Virus record (IMG/VR): IMGVR_UViG_3300021963_000077 | Coordinates: 1-64,000 of that record | Source of the DNA: a virus | Reading direction: 5' to 3' (one strand) | DNA length: 64,000 nucleotides | Shown here: in pieces, positions 16,663 through 25,489 of the stretch | Layout: every line of letters starts with the position of its first letter | Position numbering within the stretch: the stretch's first letter is position 1 | Translations under genes and position numbers: made by a program | The notes under the pieces: generated by a model | Told to the model about the DNA's origin: nothing | Databases searched by the model: none | What the model saw: the letters and a program-made list of their open reading frames with translations, nothing else

Positions 16663-17355
16663 TCAGTCGTTGTACCATGCTGTCCAAGGCTTTGCTGTTG
16701 CAGATGCTTTATCTTCGGCGTGCATGCCAGTGTAGGCAACCGAGATTGTGACCTTTGCGTCATTTTCGTATCCTGTCCAGTCGCCACTGTGGGCGTAGAC
16801 AAACAATTGAAGGATTTCGTCAGTATGCATGACTGCAACATCTGCGAGGTAGGTGTTTGCATTGAACTCCGATTCGTTCCAATTTGAGTTAAGTGCACTT
16901 GATTTTTCTATAAGTGCCACTGCGGTACTACGAAGGTCAAGTACGCCGTTGCCATAGTATGGCTGTGTGCCGAATGCTCCAATTCTTCCAGCAGCATCGT
17001 CTGGGTTTCCAAGCCACATTGTTGGCTTGAGGTCTTCATCTAAGGTGCCGTAGTATCCAACATCCTCAAAGCCAAACATATAGTCTGTTGGGTTGTCAGT
17101 CGCATTGTGCTGTGTCTTGGAGTTCTTGGTTTTGATGGCCGCAAGGGAGAGTCGTCGCTCGGTTGTCTCTCTATCTACCATGCCACTGTCTGTAGTCCCC
17201 CAAAGACCATTGGTTACGCCCATAATTTGCTGAGTGGTGAACCAGATTGACTCAATCTTGACACGGAATGGGAAAGACACATTGAGGTAAGAAGTGTCAC
17301 CCTGCCTGACGGTCCAGTCATAATTAACGATTGATGGGGGTGTAATTCCAGACAT
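16663..17355 (-). CDS. hypothetical protein
   Basis: 230-aa ORF, GAGGAG RBS. Confidence 0.75.
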   Translation of the reverse strand: MSGITPPSIVNYDWTVRQGDTSYLNVSFPFRVKIESIWFTTQQIMGVTNGLWGTTDSGMVDRETTERRLSLAAIKTKNSKTQHNATDNPTDYMFGFEDVGYYGTLDEDLKPTMWLGNPDDAAGRIGAFGTQPYYGNGVLDLRSTAVALIEKSSALNSNWNESEFNANTYLADVAVMHTDEILQLFVYAHSGDWTGYENDAKVTISVAYTGMHAEDKASATAKPWTAWYND

Positions 17356-17391
17356 TTTATCTCCTCGATGTGATTTACAGCACTAATTTTA

Positions 17392-18159
17392 TCATTTTGG
17401 ATACATGTCTATAGGTATGCGTTTAAAATGGCCAACAACTATTTGTGGATCAACATAGACTGATCTGCCAGATTCTCGCACTCTTTGGCAAAACGAGCCA
17501 TCTTCAGATATCTGTTTGCCGGCTATGACGCTTCCATCTGGCATCTGCCATGTGTAGTCTGTTTGGAAATATATTGGTCTTTGTAGTGATTCATAAACGC
17601 CATATCGCACTTTCATAAAACCAAATCCAACAGAAAATACTTCAATCAAACCATTATTTGTTTTTTTGCGAAGTGTTTCAATTTGATTTATGCTTGTCAT
17701 TGAAGATGGGTGTATGTGTACTACGAATTCAGTAGCATTGGCAGCTAGGTATAATCCAGATACAACATCTTCTGGATGGTTTAGCAACTTGATAATGTCT
17801 TCGGCAACCCAGTAAATATCATTATCTATCCATACAATTTGATCATATGTAAATTGTCCATCAAAAGCCCGCCATTCCGACCAATATTCGTCATCCGCAA
17901 ATGGACGGTAGCCTCCATTCCCAGCCGAGCCGCCGTTTACTATTATGTCGCGTAGCTCGTGGATACTTGGCCCAGCATCAGCTGCAACATATACAGACAT
18001 TCCAAGGTGCGTCAAATACTGGACTGTTGATAATAGCGACATAACACATGGTAGGTAGTAGTGAAGACCAGTTATACAAAACACAACATCGTAATGAGGA
18101 ACTTGACGATTATCATTAGCTATGTGGAAGCCATGGCTTTGTGGTTTGATTGTTGCCAT
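17392..18159 (-). CDS. GT-A fold glycosyltransferase
   Basis: WIDNDI (DxD), VVSGLY, GFGFM, SEDGSFCQR, VYVDPQIVVGH. Confidence 0.8.
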   Translation of the reverse strand: MATIKPQSHGFHIANDNRQVPHYDVVFCITGLHYYLPCVMSLLSTVQYLTHLGMSVYVAADAGPSIHELRDIIVNGGSAGNGGYRPFADDEYWSEWRAFDGQFTYDQIVWIDNDIYWVAEDIIKLLNHPEDVVSGLYLAANATEFVVHIHPSSMTSINQIETLRKKTNNGLIEVFSVGFGFMKVRYGVYESLQRPIYFQTDYTWQMPDGSVIAGKQISEDGSFCQRVRESGRSVYVDPQIVVGHFKRIPIDMYPK

Positions 18160-18182
18160 ACTGATAGGCTAATCCAAATTAA

Positions 18183-18259
<77 letters not shown>

Positions 18260-18315
18260 CTCACATACGCCAGCGTTGACCGCTTGAGTGAGGCTCTGTA
18301 CAGGGCGCTGGCTAG

Positions 18316-18386
18316 GGCCGGTTAGTGTAGGACAAGCACGTTCATCTTCGGGTTGAAAAGAGCGGGGGAGGCACCCGCACCGGTCT
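18316..18386 (+). tRNA. non-canonical tRNA-Arg(TCG)-like gene with degenerate T-loop
   Basis: GGCCGGT/ACCGGTC acceptor, GTGT/GCAC D stem, TTCAT-CTTCGGG-TTGAA, GCGGG-GGAGGCA-CCCGC. Confidence 0.65.
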
Positions 18387-18391
18387 GCACC

Positions 18392-18464
18392 CCAAACGTA
18401 GCTCAATTGGTAGAGCGCCGCTTTCATATGGCGTCGGTTGCAGGTTCGAGTCCTGCCGTTTGGA
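18392..18464 (+). tRNA. tRNA with CAT anticodon (Met or Ile2), Pro-like acceptor
   Basis: CCAAACG/CGTTTGG-A, CCGCT-TTCATAT-GGCGT, GGTTCGAGTCC. Confidence 0.85.
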
Positions 18465-18487
18465 CAATATGAATGAAGGAGACATGA

Positions 18488-18775
18488 ATGAACAAATTTA
18501 TGCGCAACATTGCTGGCGCTGTGAAGACGATGAGTTCTCGGTCGTACTGGAATGCACCCAACACGGTAGAGGCATGGGGATTCGCAACAAAGATCGCTAT
18601 TATTTTTCCAGGCCTACTGTTTGGTAAGCAGTTCTGGTGGCTTTATATTTTTGCCATCATCTCAAGCGTTGCGCTCATATGGTCGTCAACAAAGAAGACA
18701 CTGCCGACTATTATTCTCTTTAATGTTTGCTGGATTGTTCTTGCGTCAACCGCAATTATTAAGCACTTTGCCTAG
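18488..18775 (+). CDS. small membrane protein
   Basis: Three hydrophobic segments, AAGGAG RBS. Confidence 0.7.
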   Translation: MNKFMRNIAGAVKTMSSRSYWNAPNTVEAWGFATKIAIIFPGLLFGKQFWWLYIFAIISSVALIWSSTKKTLPTIILFNVCWIVLASTAIIKHFA

Positions 18776-20697
18776 CGAACTGGACAAGCTCCAGTTGCAC
18801 ACCCATCAATATCAAGAAGATCTGTAACTACAGACTGGAGTGGCACAGAGAAGTCAATCTTTGAGAACAGCTTTGTGTACTGATCTTTTGTGATCTCTTC
18901 ATATGGTGGCAGCGGGAAGTTGTGATCAGTGTGAAGCAAGAACGAAACTGATTTAACACTGCTGTCATAGTTTGATGCAAGCCATTCCTTAATCGTTGGC
19001 AACTCTTCCTTGCGGTAATAAACGGTAACCGAAACTGCATTGTCTGCCCATTCGGTTTGCATCTTTTTCACCCATTCAAGCTGTTCAACAGCCGTCATCT
19101 CGGAAGCGAGAATAGATCCTTCTGGTGACTCGCATGGAAACTCAACTACATAGCGAGTGTGATCCTCGCGACCGTCCAGGCCAATATCCCACTGGACCTT
19201 GTACCCGCGCTTGCGACAAGCGTCAACGAGCGGATCGGCAGCTCCAAAACGCACACGCCTAATGTAGTAGCGAGCGTATGCTGGGTGGATACCTGGTGTT
19301 ACACCTGGCAGAAGTGACAGTGTTCCAGATGGTTGAACAGTTGTAAGGCGAACAGACTCTGGCCATCCATTCTTCTTTGAGTAATCAGCGTCAAGGCCAC
19401 GGAGGTACTCGTATGCTGGCGAGAGCCAAGAGAGCTGATCATCCGAACACTGAAGAATGCCCGTAACGCTTTGCCCAAGTCGTGCATTTTTGCGAACAAT
19501 TTCAGTCGTCTTATCGTATGGATAGTTCATGCGAGTGATTTGCTTTTGAACCATATAAAGCAGTTTTGAGATTTCCTTGAATTGCTCAAGTGACTCAACA
19601 TTTGGAAGGAAAATGGTTGAGAGATTACATGACTCACCATCTGCAAGACCAATCTCTGCACATGGGTTGAATCCATCAATTGAGTTATCTACACGCACTT
19701 CTCCGAGACGTCCAAAGCGTCGGGTAAGGCGCCGATTGAGGAGACCATATGGCTCACCCGAGCCGTCGTATCCCTTCCAGAGCTCAGACATAATTTCTTC
19801 ATAGTGATCTGCATAAATGCTGTTGTTTGAGTTTGCGCGCCATGCCGGCACATTTCCAGATGACCAGTTTTTGGCCCGTAAGAACAGGATGTCATCAGGA
19901 TCGCCAATTGCAATCTGCGCAGAACGACGTGATGATCCAGACACAACAATGCGTCCGATGATATTGCAGATATCAAGAACATCAATTGAGCGAAGCTTCT
20001 TGCCTTCGCGGTTTTTCATAACCTTACAAATGTCTTCAACGCCCTCAATGAGGGCGCCAGGACCACTGGCTGTACCACCAAATGTCTTAAGCGGTGCGCC
20101 AAATTCACGAACAAGAATCGTGGAGTACGTAAAAGACTTTCCTGTCTCAAAATAAGACTTGAGAACGCTGTGGAGCAAACGCTTCCATCCTGTACGACTA
20201 TCGGGAACAATAATGTCTGCGTCGTTACTGCGCTCGTGCGTAATTGAAACTCCAGACTTCACTTTTGGAAGATCATGGATCTTTGAACGCTCAACGGAAA
20301 ATCCAACTCCACCACCAAGCATCAGGTACTCAAAGAGGAGTTCAAAATCTTCAATTTTTTCAATGTTCGTGAAGTAGCAGTTGTTAAGCGATGTTGCATT
20401 AAATTTTTTTACAAGTGGAGTTCCAAGCTGCCACAATGCGCGGCCAGAGAAGGAGCAACGCAAATTGAACATATGATCAAACAGCGCCTCGGCTTCCTTT
20501 GTTGTGTACGGAACACCAATTTCACCAGCGCCCTCAATCACGCGTGAAAGAGTTTCAACCCATGTCTCAGAACGCTCCTCGCTTTCAACAGGACGGCTAT
20601 ATGTGCGGAGGAAAACAACCTCGCCCATGCCGCCAAATCCCCAAGGTGGGAGTTTTTGAGAATACGAAGCTAAGAATTCTGAAGACAAAAGAGTCAT
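18772..20697 (-). CDS. nrdJ: class II (adenosylcobalamin-dependent) ribonucleotide reductase, monomeric RTPR type
   Basis: RTYSR, SLNNC, GGGVG, RRSAQI, NPCAEI, CNL, VQPSGTLS, C-terminal CATGACPVR. Confidence 0.93.
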   Translation of the reverse strand: MTLLSSEFLASYSQKLPPWGFGGMGEVVFLRTYSRPVESEERSETWVETLSRVIEGAGEIGVPYTTKEAEALFDHMFNLRCSFSGRALWQLGTPLVKKFNATSLNNCYFTNIEKIEDFELLFEYLMLGGGVGFSVERSKIHDLPKVKSGVSITHERSNDADIIVPDSRTGWKRLLHSVLKSYFETGKSFTYSTILVREFGAPLKTFGGTASGPGALIEGVEDICKVMKNREGKKLRSIDVLDICNIIGRIVVSGSSRRSAQIAIGDPDDILFLRAKNWSSGNVPAWRANSNNSIYADHYEEIMSELWKGYDGSGEPYGLLNRRLTRRFGRLGEVRVDNSIDGFNPCAEIGLADGESCNLSTIFLPNVESLEQFKEISKLLYMVQKQITRMNYPYDKTTEIVRKNARLGQSVTGILQCSDDQLSWLSPAYEYLRGLDADYSKKNGWPESVRLTTVQPSGTLSLLPGVTPGIHPAYARYYIRRVRFGAADPLVDACRKRGYKVQWDIGLDGREDHTRYVVEFPCESPEGSILASEMTAVEQLEWVKKMQTEWADNAVSVTVYYRKEELPTIKEWLASNYDSSVKSVSFLLHTDHNFPLPPYEEITKDQYTKLFSKIDFSVPLQSVVTDLLDIDGCATGACPVR

Positions 20698-20759
20698 TAT
20701 TTACCCCTGTGGTTTATCTGTGATTGACGATTTTACTATGAGCTGACTTTGCTCAGGTG

Positions 20760-21050
20760 TTAAGCGATGCCAAGTTCTTTTGCTTTTTCAAGTGTCACAT
20801 AGGTGCCCTTGGTCGCAAGTATCACCTTAGCAGTTGTAAACGGAGAAATTTGTCTCTCTCCGTAAATTGTTTCTTCAACCAAAATCATTTGAGAAGACTT
20901 AATTGTTTCAACAACTGAGTCTGCTCCAAAAATATGATGAGGAGTCGCAAGATCAACGGAACAGTCGCCAGTTGGGTGTCCGCAAACAGGGCACGGTTCG
21001 CGATTGGCTCTAGTTAACTCAATGTCGCCAAAAATGTATTCTTTATCCAC
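20760..21050 (-). CDS. hypothetical protein with CPVCGH motif
   Basis: Probable GTG start at 21050 overlapping upstream stop; ORF-track extension overlaps the MTase. Confidence 0.6.
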   Translation of the reverse strand: MDKEYIFGDIELTRANREPCPVCGHPTGDCSVDLATPHHIFGADSVVETIKSSQMILVEETIYGERQISPFTTAKVILATKGTYVTLEKAKELGIA

Positions 21051-21639
21051 AGGCGAGCCCCCACTGCGCGGCCATGGCATCAGCAATTCCTTGGAATGTT
21101 TTGCTTCGTATCTTCCACCTGTCTTCAGACGGTGGTAGGTAAAACAGTCTTTGACTCTCGGCTTTGTTTGAGGATATGTCAACAGTGTTCGTTGGTGAAA
21201 GCTTCGGCAGGCCGCGAAGCCAGAAACATGTCGCTTTTGTCTCGGGATGACCAAACATCCACGGCTGAACTATTTGGTCTGGCTTTCTAAATGTTGACGA
21301 CATGATCCCAATAGGGTTCTCAACAGCAACATGGTCGGCATTAGCGTTATAACAAGCCATAAAAAATTTTATCGCTTCTTCACGTTGCTTGGGTCTATCT
21401 GGGAATCTATCCCTGTACTCAGGTTTCATCCATTTGTTTCCAGAGACCGTCAAATATGTACACGGCGGATGGGCGACGACCAGATCCCACCGATCAAGCA
21501 TTACTTCGGTCACGTCGTCTTGTATGTGGGGTCCAGGTTTGTCGCTTGGCAGGAGGTCGCAAGATATCGCATCATGGCCAGCCTTGATGAACGCATCACG
21601 GACTGTTCCAGAGAATTCGCAAGCCACCAAGACGCGCAT
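21043..21639 (-). CDS. short DNA cytosine methyltransferase (phage type)
   Basis: MRVLVACEFSG, SCDL, AHPPC, VENP, QPWMFGH..TKATC, RSKTFQGIADAMAAQWG. Confidence 0.82.
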   Translation of the reverse strand: MRVLVACEFSGTVRDAFIKAGHDAISCDLLPSDKPGPHIQDDVTEVMLDRWDLVVAHPPCTYLTVSGNKWMKPEYRDRFPDRPKQREEAIKFFMACYNANADHVAVENPIGIMSSTFRKPDQIVQPWMFGHPETKATCFWLRGLPKLSPTNTVDISSNKAESQRLFYLPPSEDRWKIRSKTFQGIADAMAAQWGLACG

Positions 21640-21640
21640 T

Positions 21641-21841
21641 TCAGTTAGCTTTCTGCTCGAGCAGGTAGATACGAGAGCGAAGTTCTTCATTATCCAGACG
21701 AAGTCTCTTAATCTCCTCAACTGCACGCTCTAATGCGCTCAGTGACCTGGGAACGCCCTCAAAGGCCTTGTAGCGGAGCTTTGATATCATCTCAAGCTCG
21801 TTCACAACGTCTGTTTTGCTTTGTTCATTTTCGGAAATCAT
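21641..21841 (-). CDS. hypothetical coiled-coil protein
   Basis: 66 aa, ATGA-coupled to thyX. Confidence 0.6.
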   Translation of the reverse strand: MISENEQSKTDVVNELEMISKLRYKAFEGVPRSLSALERAVEEIKRLRLDNEELRSRIYLLEQKAN

Positions 21842-22518
21842 GGCGTGACCCTACCATAGTCAACCCATGCTGTATAGGTCTGTGGCATAACTTGACTGAA
21901 AAGAGACTCAACTGCCTCTGCGTAAACGCGTATCTCGTACTGAGCTGCATCATCATTGCGAAGACTGAGAAAGTTCATCAACGCGCGAGCATTCACAGTC
22001 CAGTAAAACTCCGTGTATGAACCGAGTGGAAGAATCATCCGAGCGACTTCTTTAGCCACCCCACGCTCAACAAGTGATTCATAAAGTGAGAAAGCGCCTT
22101 CATTACATTCATGCATGAGCGACGCAACTTCCGTTGCCGTGGCTTCCTCAATCGGCTCAAATGTATAGCTTCCTGGTTTTCCAACTTGTGTTCTCATGTT
22201 CCTTGGGTCTGGAACATAGTGCTCAGTTGGCATGACTGCATACCTACCGGAGTATTCGTTAAATGATCCAATGCGATGTCTAAACCATTCACGGGCAACA
22301 AAAATTGGTGCTTTTACATGGAATCGGAACGAGTTGTGCTCAAACGGCGTTCCGTGGCGCGAGCGCATAAGAAAGCGGATGAGCCCAGAATCTGCGTCAC
22401 CGATCACTTCCGTTCTTTTACCAAACGACACACGCGCTGAGTTGACTACAGAAATGTCATCGGCCATATGCCCATCAAGGCGTACAAATCCATTATTGAA
22501 TACTGAGATGCTATCCAT
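21838..22518 (-). CDS. thyX: FAD-dependent thymidylate synthase
   Basis: ARVS, HGTPFEH, RHRIGSFNEYSGRY, EVARMILP, LR...AQYEIR. Confidence 0.96.
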   Translation of the reverse strand: MDSISVFNNGFVRLDGHMADDISVVNSARVSFGKRTEVIGDADSGLIRFLMRSRHGTPFEHNSFRFHVKAPIFVAREWFRHRIGSFNEYSGRYAVMPTEHYVPDPRNMRTQVGKPGSYTFEPIEEATATEVASLMHECNEGAFSLYESLVERGVAKEVARMILPLGSYTEFYWTVNARALMNFLSLRNDDAAQYEIRVYAEAVESLFSQVMPQTYTAWVDYGRVTP

Positions 22519-22527
22519 CTCGCGATA

Positions 22528-22812
22528 CTACATTGTCTCCGTTTTTTCTGGCGAATTGGATTCTGCGTTAAGCAAGATATGAGAAAGTTCTATGCAATTA
22601 GTTCTATGTGTATGAAGAATGTCTGCAATTTTGCCAGACTTTATCCAGTCGCGTGATGCCAGTGCCTCAAAGTAGTCATACTCCAGTTCGCACAGAAGTA
22701 GCCATTCGTTTATGGCCGCTTTGTAGGCATCATTCTCCGTTATAGTATGAGACTTCTTCTTGAACCACGCCACTGTTGTCCTCCCCGATGTATCGCTGAA
22801 CCATCTCTTCAA
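22528..22812 (-). CDS. hypothetical protein
   Basis: ORF in operon; start uncertain. Confidence 0.45.
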   Translation of the reverse strand: MKRWFSDTSGRTTVAWFKKKSHTITENDAYKAAINEWLLLCELEYDYFEALASRDWIKSGKIADILHTHRTNCIELSHILLNAESNSPEKTETM

Positions 22813-22930
22813 CTCTTGCGAGAGCTGATGCTGTTTGATCGTCTAAATAAAGAAACCTAAAGTCTTCTTGGCAGCGAATGGAGGTTGTCAATTTCCTCAC
22901 AGTTTCAGCAAATTGAAACAGTTCAGTCAT
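22730..22930 (-). CDS. hypothetical protein
   Basis: Likely start MTELFQF overlapping upstream stop. Confidence 0.45.
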   Translation of the reverse strand: MTELFQFAETVRKLTTSIRCQEDFRFLYLDDQTASALARVEEMVQRYIGEDNSGVVQEEVSYYNGE

Positions 22931-23189
22931 GCTCAAGGCTATATACATCAGCAAGCTCTCCGTACTCAAAGAGAGGCTGAAACTTAGACGAATCATGTGC
23001 CCCAAACCTCAGGTATTCAAGACCACCATCTACAAAGATGCGTGTATGTTTCGCCGGAGGGAGAAGCTCATCCGTTTTCCAGCACGAACAAGATACGAAG
23101 TCATGCCTATGGCGCGACTCAATAGTCTCTTCACATACCAAACATTTAGCTGCGTTCCGAATTATCTTTCTCCGCGTTCCAGTAGTCAT
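22923..23189 (-). CDS. Zn-ribbon-like phage protein
   Basis: IIRNAAKCLVCEETIESRHRHDFVSCSC...VDGGLEYLR. Confidence 0.7.
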   Translation of the reverse strand: MTTGTRRKIIRNAAKCLVCEETIESRHRHDFVSCSCWKTDELLPPAKHTRIFVDGGLEYLRFGAHDSSKFQPLFEYGELADVYSLEHD

Positions 23190-23316
23190 TCTTCCTCCAT
23201 GACCATACATACATCACTTCTTTGATCAGAAGATATGCCATCTGAACAAGGCATGCAATAACCAAAACAATTAAAACTAACCCAATGCAAAAGGCAACCC
23301 CCACAGAAAAAGACAT
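23146..23316 (-). CDS. small single-TM protein
   Basis: Manual translation MSFSVGVAFCIGLVLIVLVIACLVQMAYLLIKE...; 56 aa. Confidence 0.45.
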   Translation of the reverse strand: MSFSVGVAFCIGLVLIVLVIACLVQMAYLLIKEVMYVWSWRKNDYWNAEKDNSERS

Positions 23317-23507
23317 ACAGTTTAATTATTATTTATCGTCAAGATAATGACTATGTGAATCAAGAATTTTATGTCCCACACCATACAGGATAAACACTGC
23401 AACTACATACAACATAATGCCTCCAGTAACTATTCTACATATATTGAATATCCTGGATGTGACATATGTCAAGCCCTAAAAAGTCATAACAAAATTCGCT
23501 ACAGAGG

Positions 23508-23537
23508 TTGACTGGGTGCATTCTTTGGTCATATATT
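23508..23537 (+). promoter_or_regulatory. SigA-type promoter
   Basis: TTGACT-18bp-TATATT; leader hairpin GGCT-AGA-AGCC. Confidence 0.55.
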
Positions 23538-23586
23538 TACCAACGGCTAGAAGCCATCAAACCACTAGAACACGGAGTTACACACA

Positions 23587-23807
23587 TGAGTGAGTATCAA
23601 AAGATTATTTCCAGCGGAAAGAGCAATAGAGGGCGCAAGCCACTTCCCGCAGACGAAAAGGCACGCCGTGCCGAGGTCCAGAAGGAACAGAACCGGAAGC
23701 GCTCCGAGGCCCGTCGTCGCGCCGCGCTCGTCCTCCAGCATCGTCACGCTGACGAATTTGAAGAACTCTACAAGTCGGAGTTCACGACCATCATGAACTC
23801 TAAGTAA
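23587..23807 (+). CDS. small basic hypothetical protein
   Basis: MSEYQK...RGRKPLP...ARRRAALVLQHRHADEFEELY; GGAG RBS. Confidence 0.7.
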
Positions 23808-23821
23808 GAGTTCAAAAAAGG

Positions 23822-23856
23822 AAAGACCCTCAGCCGGACGCTGGGGGTCTTTTTTT
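23822..23856 (+). terminator. intrinsic terminator
   Basis: AAGACCCTCAGC-CGGAC-GCTGGGGGTCTT followed by T-run. Confidence 0.85.
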
Positions 23857-23933
23857 ACCCCTGTATCCCCTCACTCTTATAAAGTGTAGAAAGGGTAGTT
23901 GGTGACACGTGGGTTCAAGTCCCACCAGGGGTA
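23857..23933 (+). tRNA. D-arm-less tRNA-like RNA with TAT (Ile) anticodon
   Basis: ACCCCTG/CAGGGGT acceptor + A73, canonical T arm GTGGG-TTCAAGT-CCCAC, CACT-CTTATAA-AGTG anticodon hairpin, no 5' D arm. Confidence 0.7.
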
Positions 23934-23979
23934 CAAGTTCTCACAAACTGAGAAGTATTGTCCATTTAGTGGATATATC

Positions 23980-24051
23980 GGGCGCTTAGCTCAGCGGTAG
24001 AGCAACTCGTTTACACCGAGTAGGTCGGGGGTTCGAGACCCTCAGCGCCCA
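23980..24051 (+). tRNA. tRNA-Val(TAC)
   Basis: GGGCGCT/AGCGCCC, ACTCG-TTTACAC-CGAGT. Confidence 0.95.
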
Positions 24052-24053
24052 CT

Positions 24054-24272
24054 ATGAAGCATATTATTCATGTACATCAGCAAAAAATTCGCAAGGGCCT
24101 TGACGCAATAATTGATCGCACATACAAGGGATCAAAGCACTATAGGAAGCTTGATATTGTTTGCCCTTCTTGCAATTGCGTGGCAGCGACAGTTGTCCAG
24201 AGCGATACTCCAGACTCGTGCGGTGCTCGCGTTTGGATTGAGGCATCAGGGACTAATCCAACTAGTATCTGA
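24054..24272 (+). CDS. hypothetical phage protein
   Basis: IIHVHQQKIR...SCGARVWIE. Confidence 0.7.
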   Translation: MKHIIHVHQQKIRKGLDAIIDRTYKGSKHYRKLDIVCPSCNCVAATVVQSDTPDSCGARVWIEASGTNPTSI

Positions 24273-24279
24273 TTAATTA

Positions 24280-24352
24280 GGGCCTGTAGCTCAGTGGTCA
24301 GAGCAGGGGACTCATAATCCTTTGGTCGTGGGTTCAATCCCCACCGGGCCCA
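24280..24352 (+). tRNA. tRNA-Ile2(CAT, lysidine type)
   Basis: GGGCCTG/CGGGCCC-A, GGGGA-CTCATAA-TCCTT; ileX-like body. Confidence 0.88.
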
Positions 24353-24735
24353 CTTTTCTTGCGTGGATCAAGAACCCATTTGCCATCCCTTGTGCCGAGG
24401 TATGTTTGAAGTTCGTTTGTATCTGGGTGACGCTTGAAAGTCCACGAGAACTCGCAACAAGGAGTATCTTCGCTACACGGGTGATGCCCAAAGCCGCCAA
24501 GGGCCTTGGCAATGGACGCAAAAGAACGTACAAGTCGCAAGCAACAGTCGTGGCAGAGCCTCACATAATCATCGTCGGTAACCGGATCACATGGAAAGTT
24601 GTCAGTAAATCCGCCGTAATACCCAAACGATCTGGGGTCAAAAGTCATCCCCCCATCAGGGAGTAAGGTTGATGTCTGCTGGGTGGCTGGGAAAGTATTT
24701 CCGCACTCGGAACAAATTGGGGCTTTTTCTGTCAT
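24334..24735 (-). CDS. Cys-rich hypothetical protein
   Basis: CSEC...GYYGGFTD...LCHDCC. Confidence 0.7.
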   Translation of the reverse strand: MTEKAPICSECGNTFPATQQTSTLLPDGGMTFDPRSFGYYGGFTDNFPCDPVTDDDYVRLCHDCCLRLVRSFASIAKALGGFGHHPCSEDTPCCEFSWTFKRHPDTNELQTYLGTRDGKWVLDPRKKSGPGGD

Positions 24736-24807
24736 AGCCTGCCAACGCTATAGGCTAACAATCATAGCCACAACCTCAAAAACCATATTTTTTGATATTA
24801 TCCAATT

Positions 24808-24984
24808 ATGGGAAAGAAAAAGAAGTCAGCTGGAGTTAGATCAGGATCTAGGACAAGGATCAACCCCTTGACTGGTCAAGTTGAGACAGTAACTGGAACC
24901 AAAGCAGGTAAAAAGCGTACGCGTTTGCCTTTTGGTGACAAACTAAGAACTCACGACCTAGATCAGCAGACAAAAAAGCGCTAA
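24808..24984 (+). CDS. small very basic protein
   Basis: Manual: MGKKKKSAGVRSGSRTRINPLTGQVETVTGTKAGKKRTRLPFGDKLRTHDLDQQTKKR; TATTAT 6 nt upstream. Confidence 0.6.
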   Translation: MGKKKKSAGVRSGSRTRINPLTGQVETVTGTKAGKKRTRLPFGDKLRTHDLDQQTKKR

Positions 24985-24994
24985 CATTTACGGC

Positions 24995-25147
24995 ATGTTC
25001 AAGATACCGCAAATGTGGAGACCAGCGCGCCGAGGCATGGCAGGCCTTGCCATTGTGGCTATAGTTTCTTTTGCATCTTGGGTGACGGGATTTGTTATGT
25101 TCTCAGTGCTCGCTTTATACGGCTACTGGAGAAGCACGAAGCGCTAA
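24995..25147 (+). CDS. small membrane protein
   Basis: Manual: MFKIPQMWRPARRGMAGLAIVAIVSFASWVTGFVMFSVLALYGYWRSTKR. Confidence 0.5.
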   Translation: MFKIPQMWRPARRGMAGLAIVAIVSFASWVTGFVMFSVLALYGYWRSTKR

Positions 25148-25326
25148 CCCTTAACGATTTGCGATACAGAAGGCGTGTAAGAGCTAATAGTGCCACCTTT
25201 GATGTATACGACATCACTCACCCTGCTTGTGCTTTTAGTTTGATTAACAAGCAGCTCTATTGATTTCTCAATATTTGATAGGCGCTGGTTTATGTGTGCA
25301 ATCTGCATTTCAAGCGATTGATCCAT
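25144..25326 (-). CDS. hypothetical protein
   Basis: MDQSLEMQ... after GGAGG RBS. Confidence 0.55.
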   Translation of the reverse strand: MDQSLEMQIAHINQRLSNIEKSIELLVNQTKSTSRVSDVVYIKGGTISSYTPSVSQIVKG

Positions 25327-25403
25327 AGTTTCCTCCACGCAAAGATTTCCACAAGTATTACACATATTATACCCATAAACGCAAAATTTCAGATACTTCT
25401 ATG

Positions 25404-25449
25404 AAACAAGAAACCCCCCGCCTTCAAAACAAGGACGAGGGGTTTCCTG
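25404..25449 (-). terminator. intrinsic terminator
   Basis: AGGAAACCCCTCG...CGGGGGGTTTCTT-GTTTC. Confidence 0.7.
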
Positions 25450-25489
25450 GATTAGCCCTAAGGTAGGCATGTTTTAATTGTCTCACATT

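Noticed and set aside
18772-20697. Intein or intron in NrdJ (also checked TerL, helicase, ThyX)
   Set aside because: Lengths are typical, ORFs are continuous and no intein C/HN-C or LAGLIDADG motifs are visible
21051-21254. Extended overlap of ORF 20760-21254 with the second methyltransferase as another nested gene
   Set aside because: A GTG start at 21050 overlapping the MTase stop explains the gene; the extension has no RBS or protein-like features
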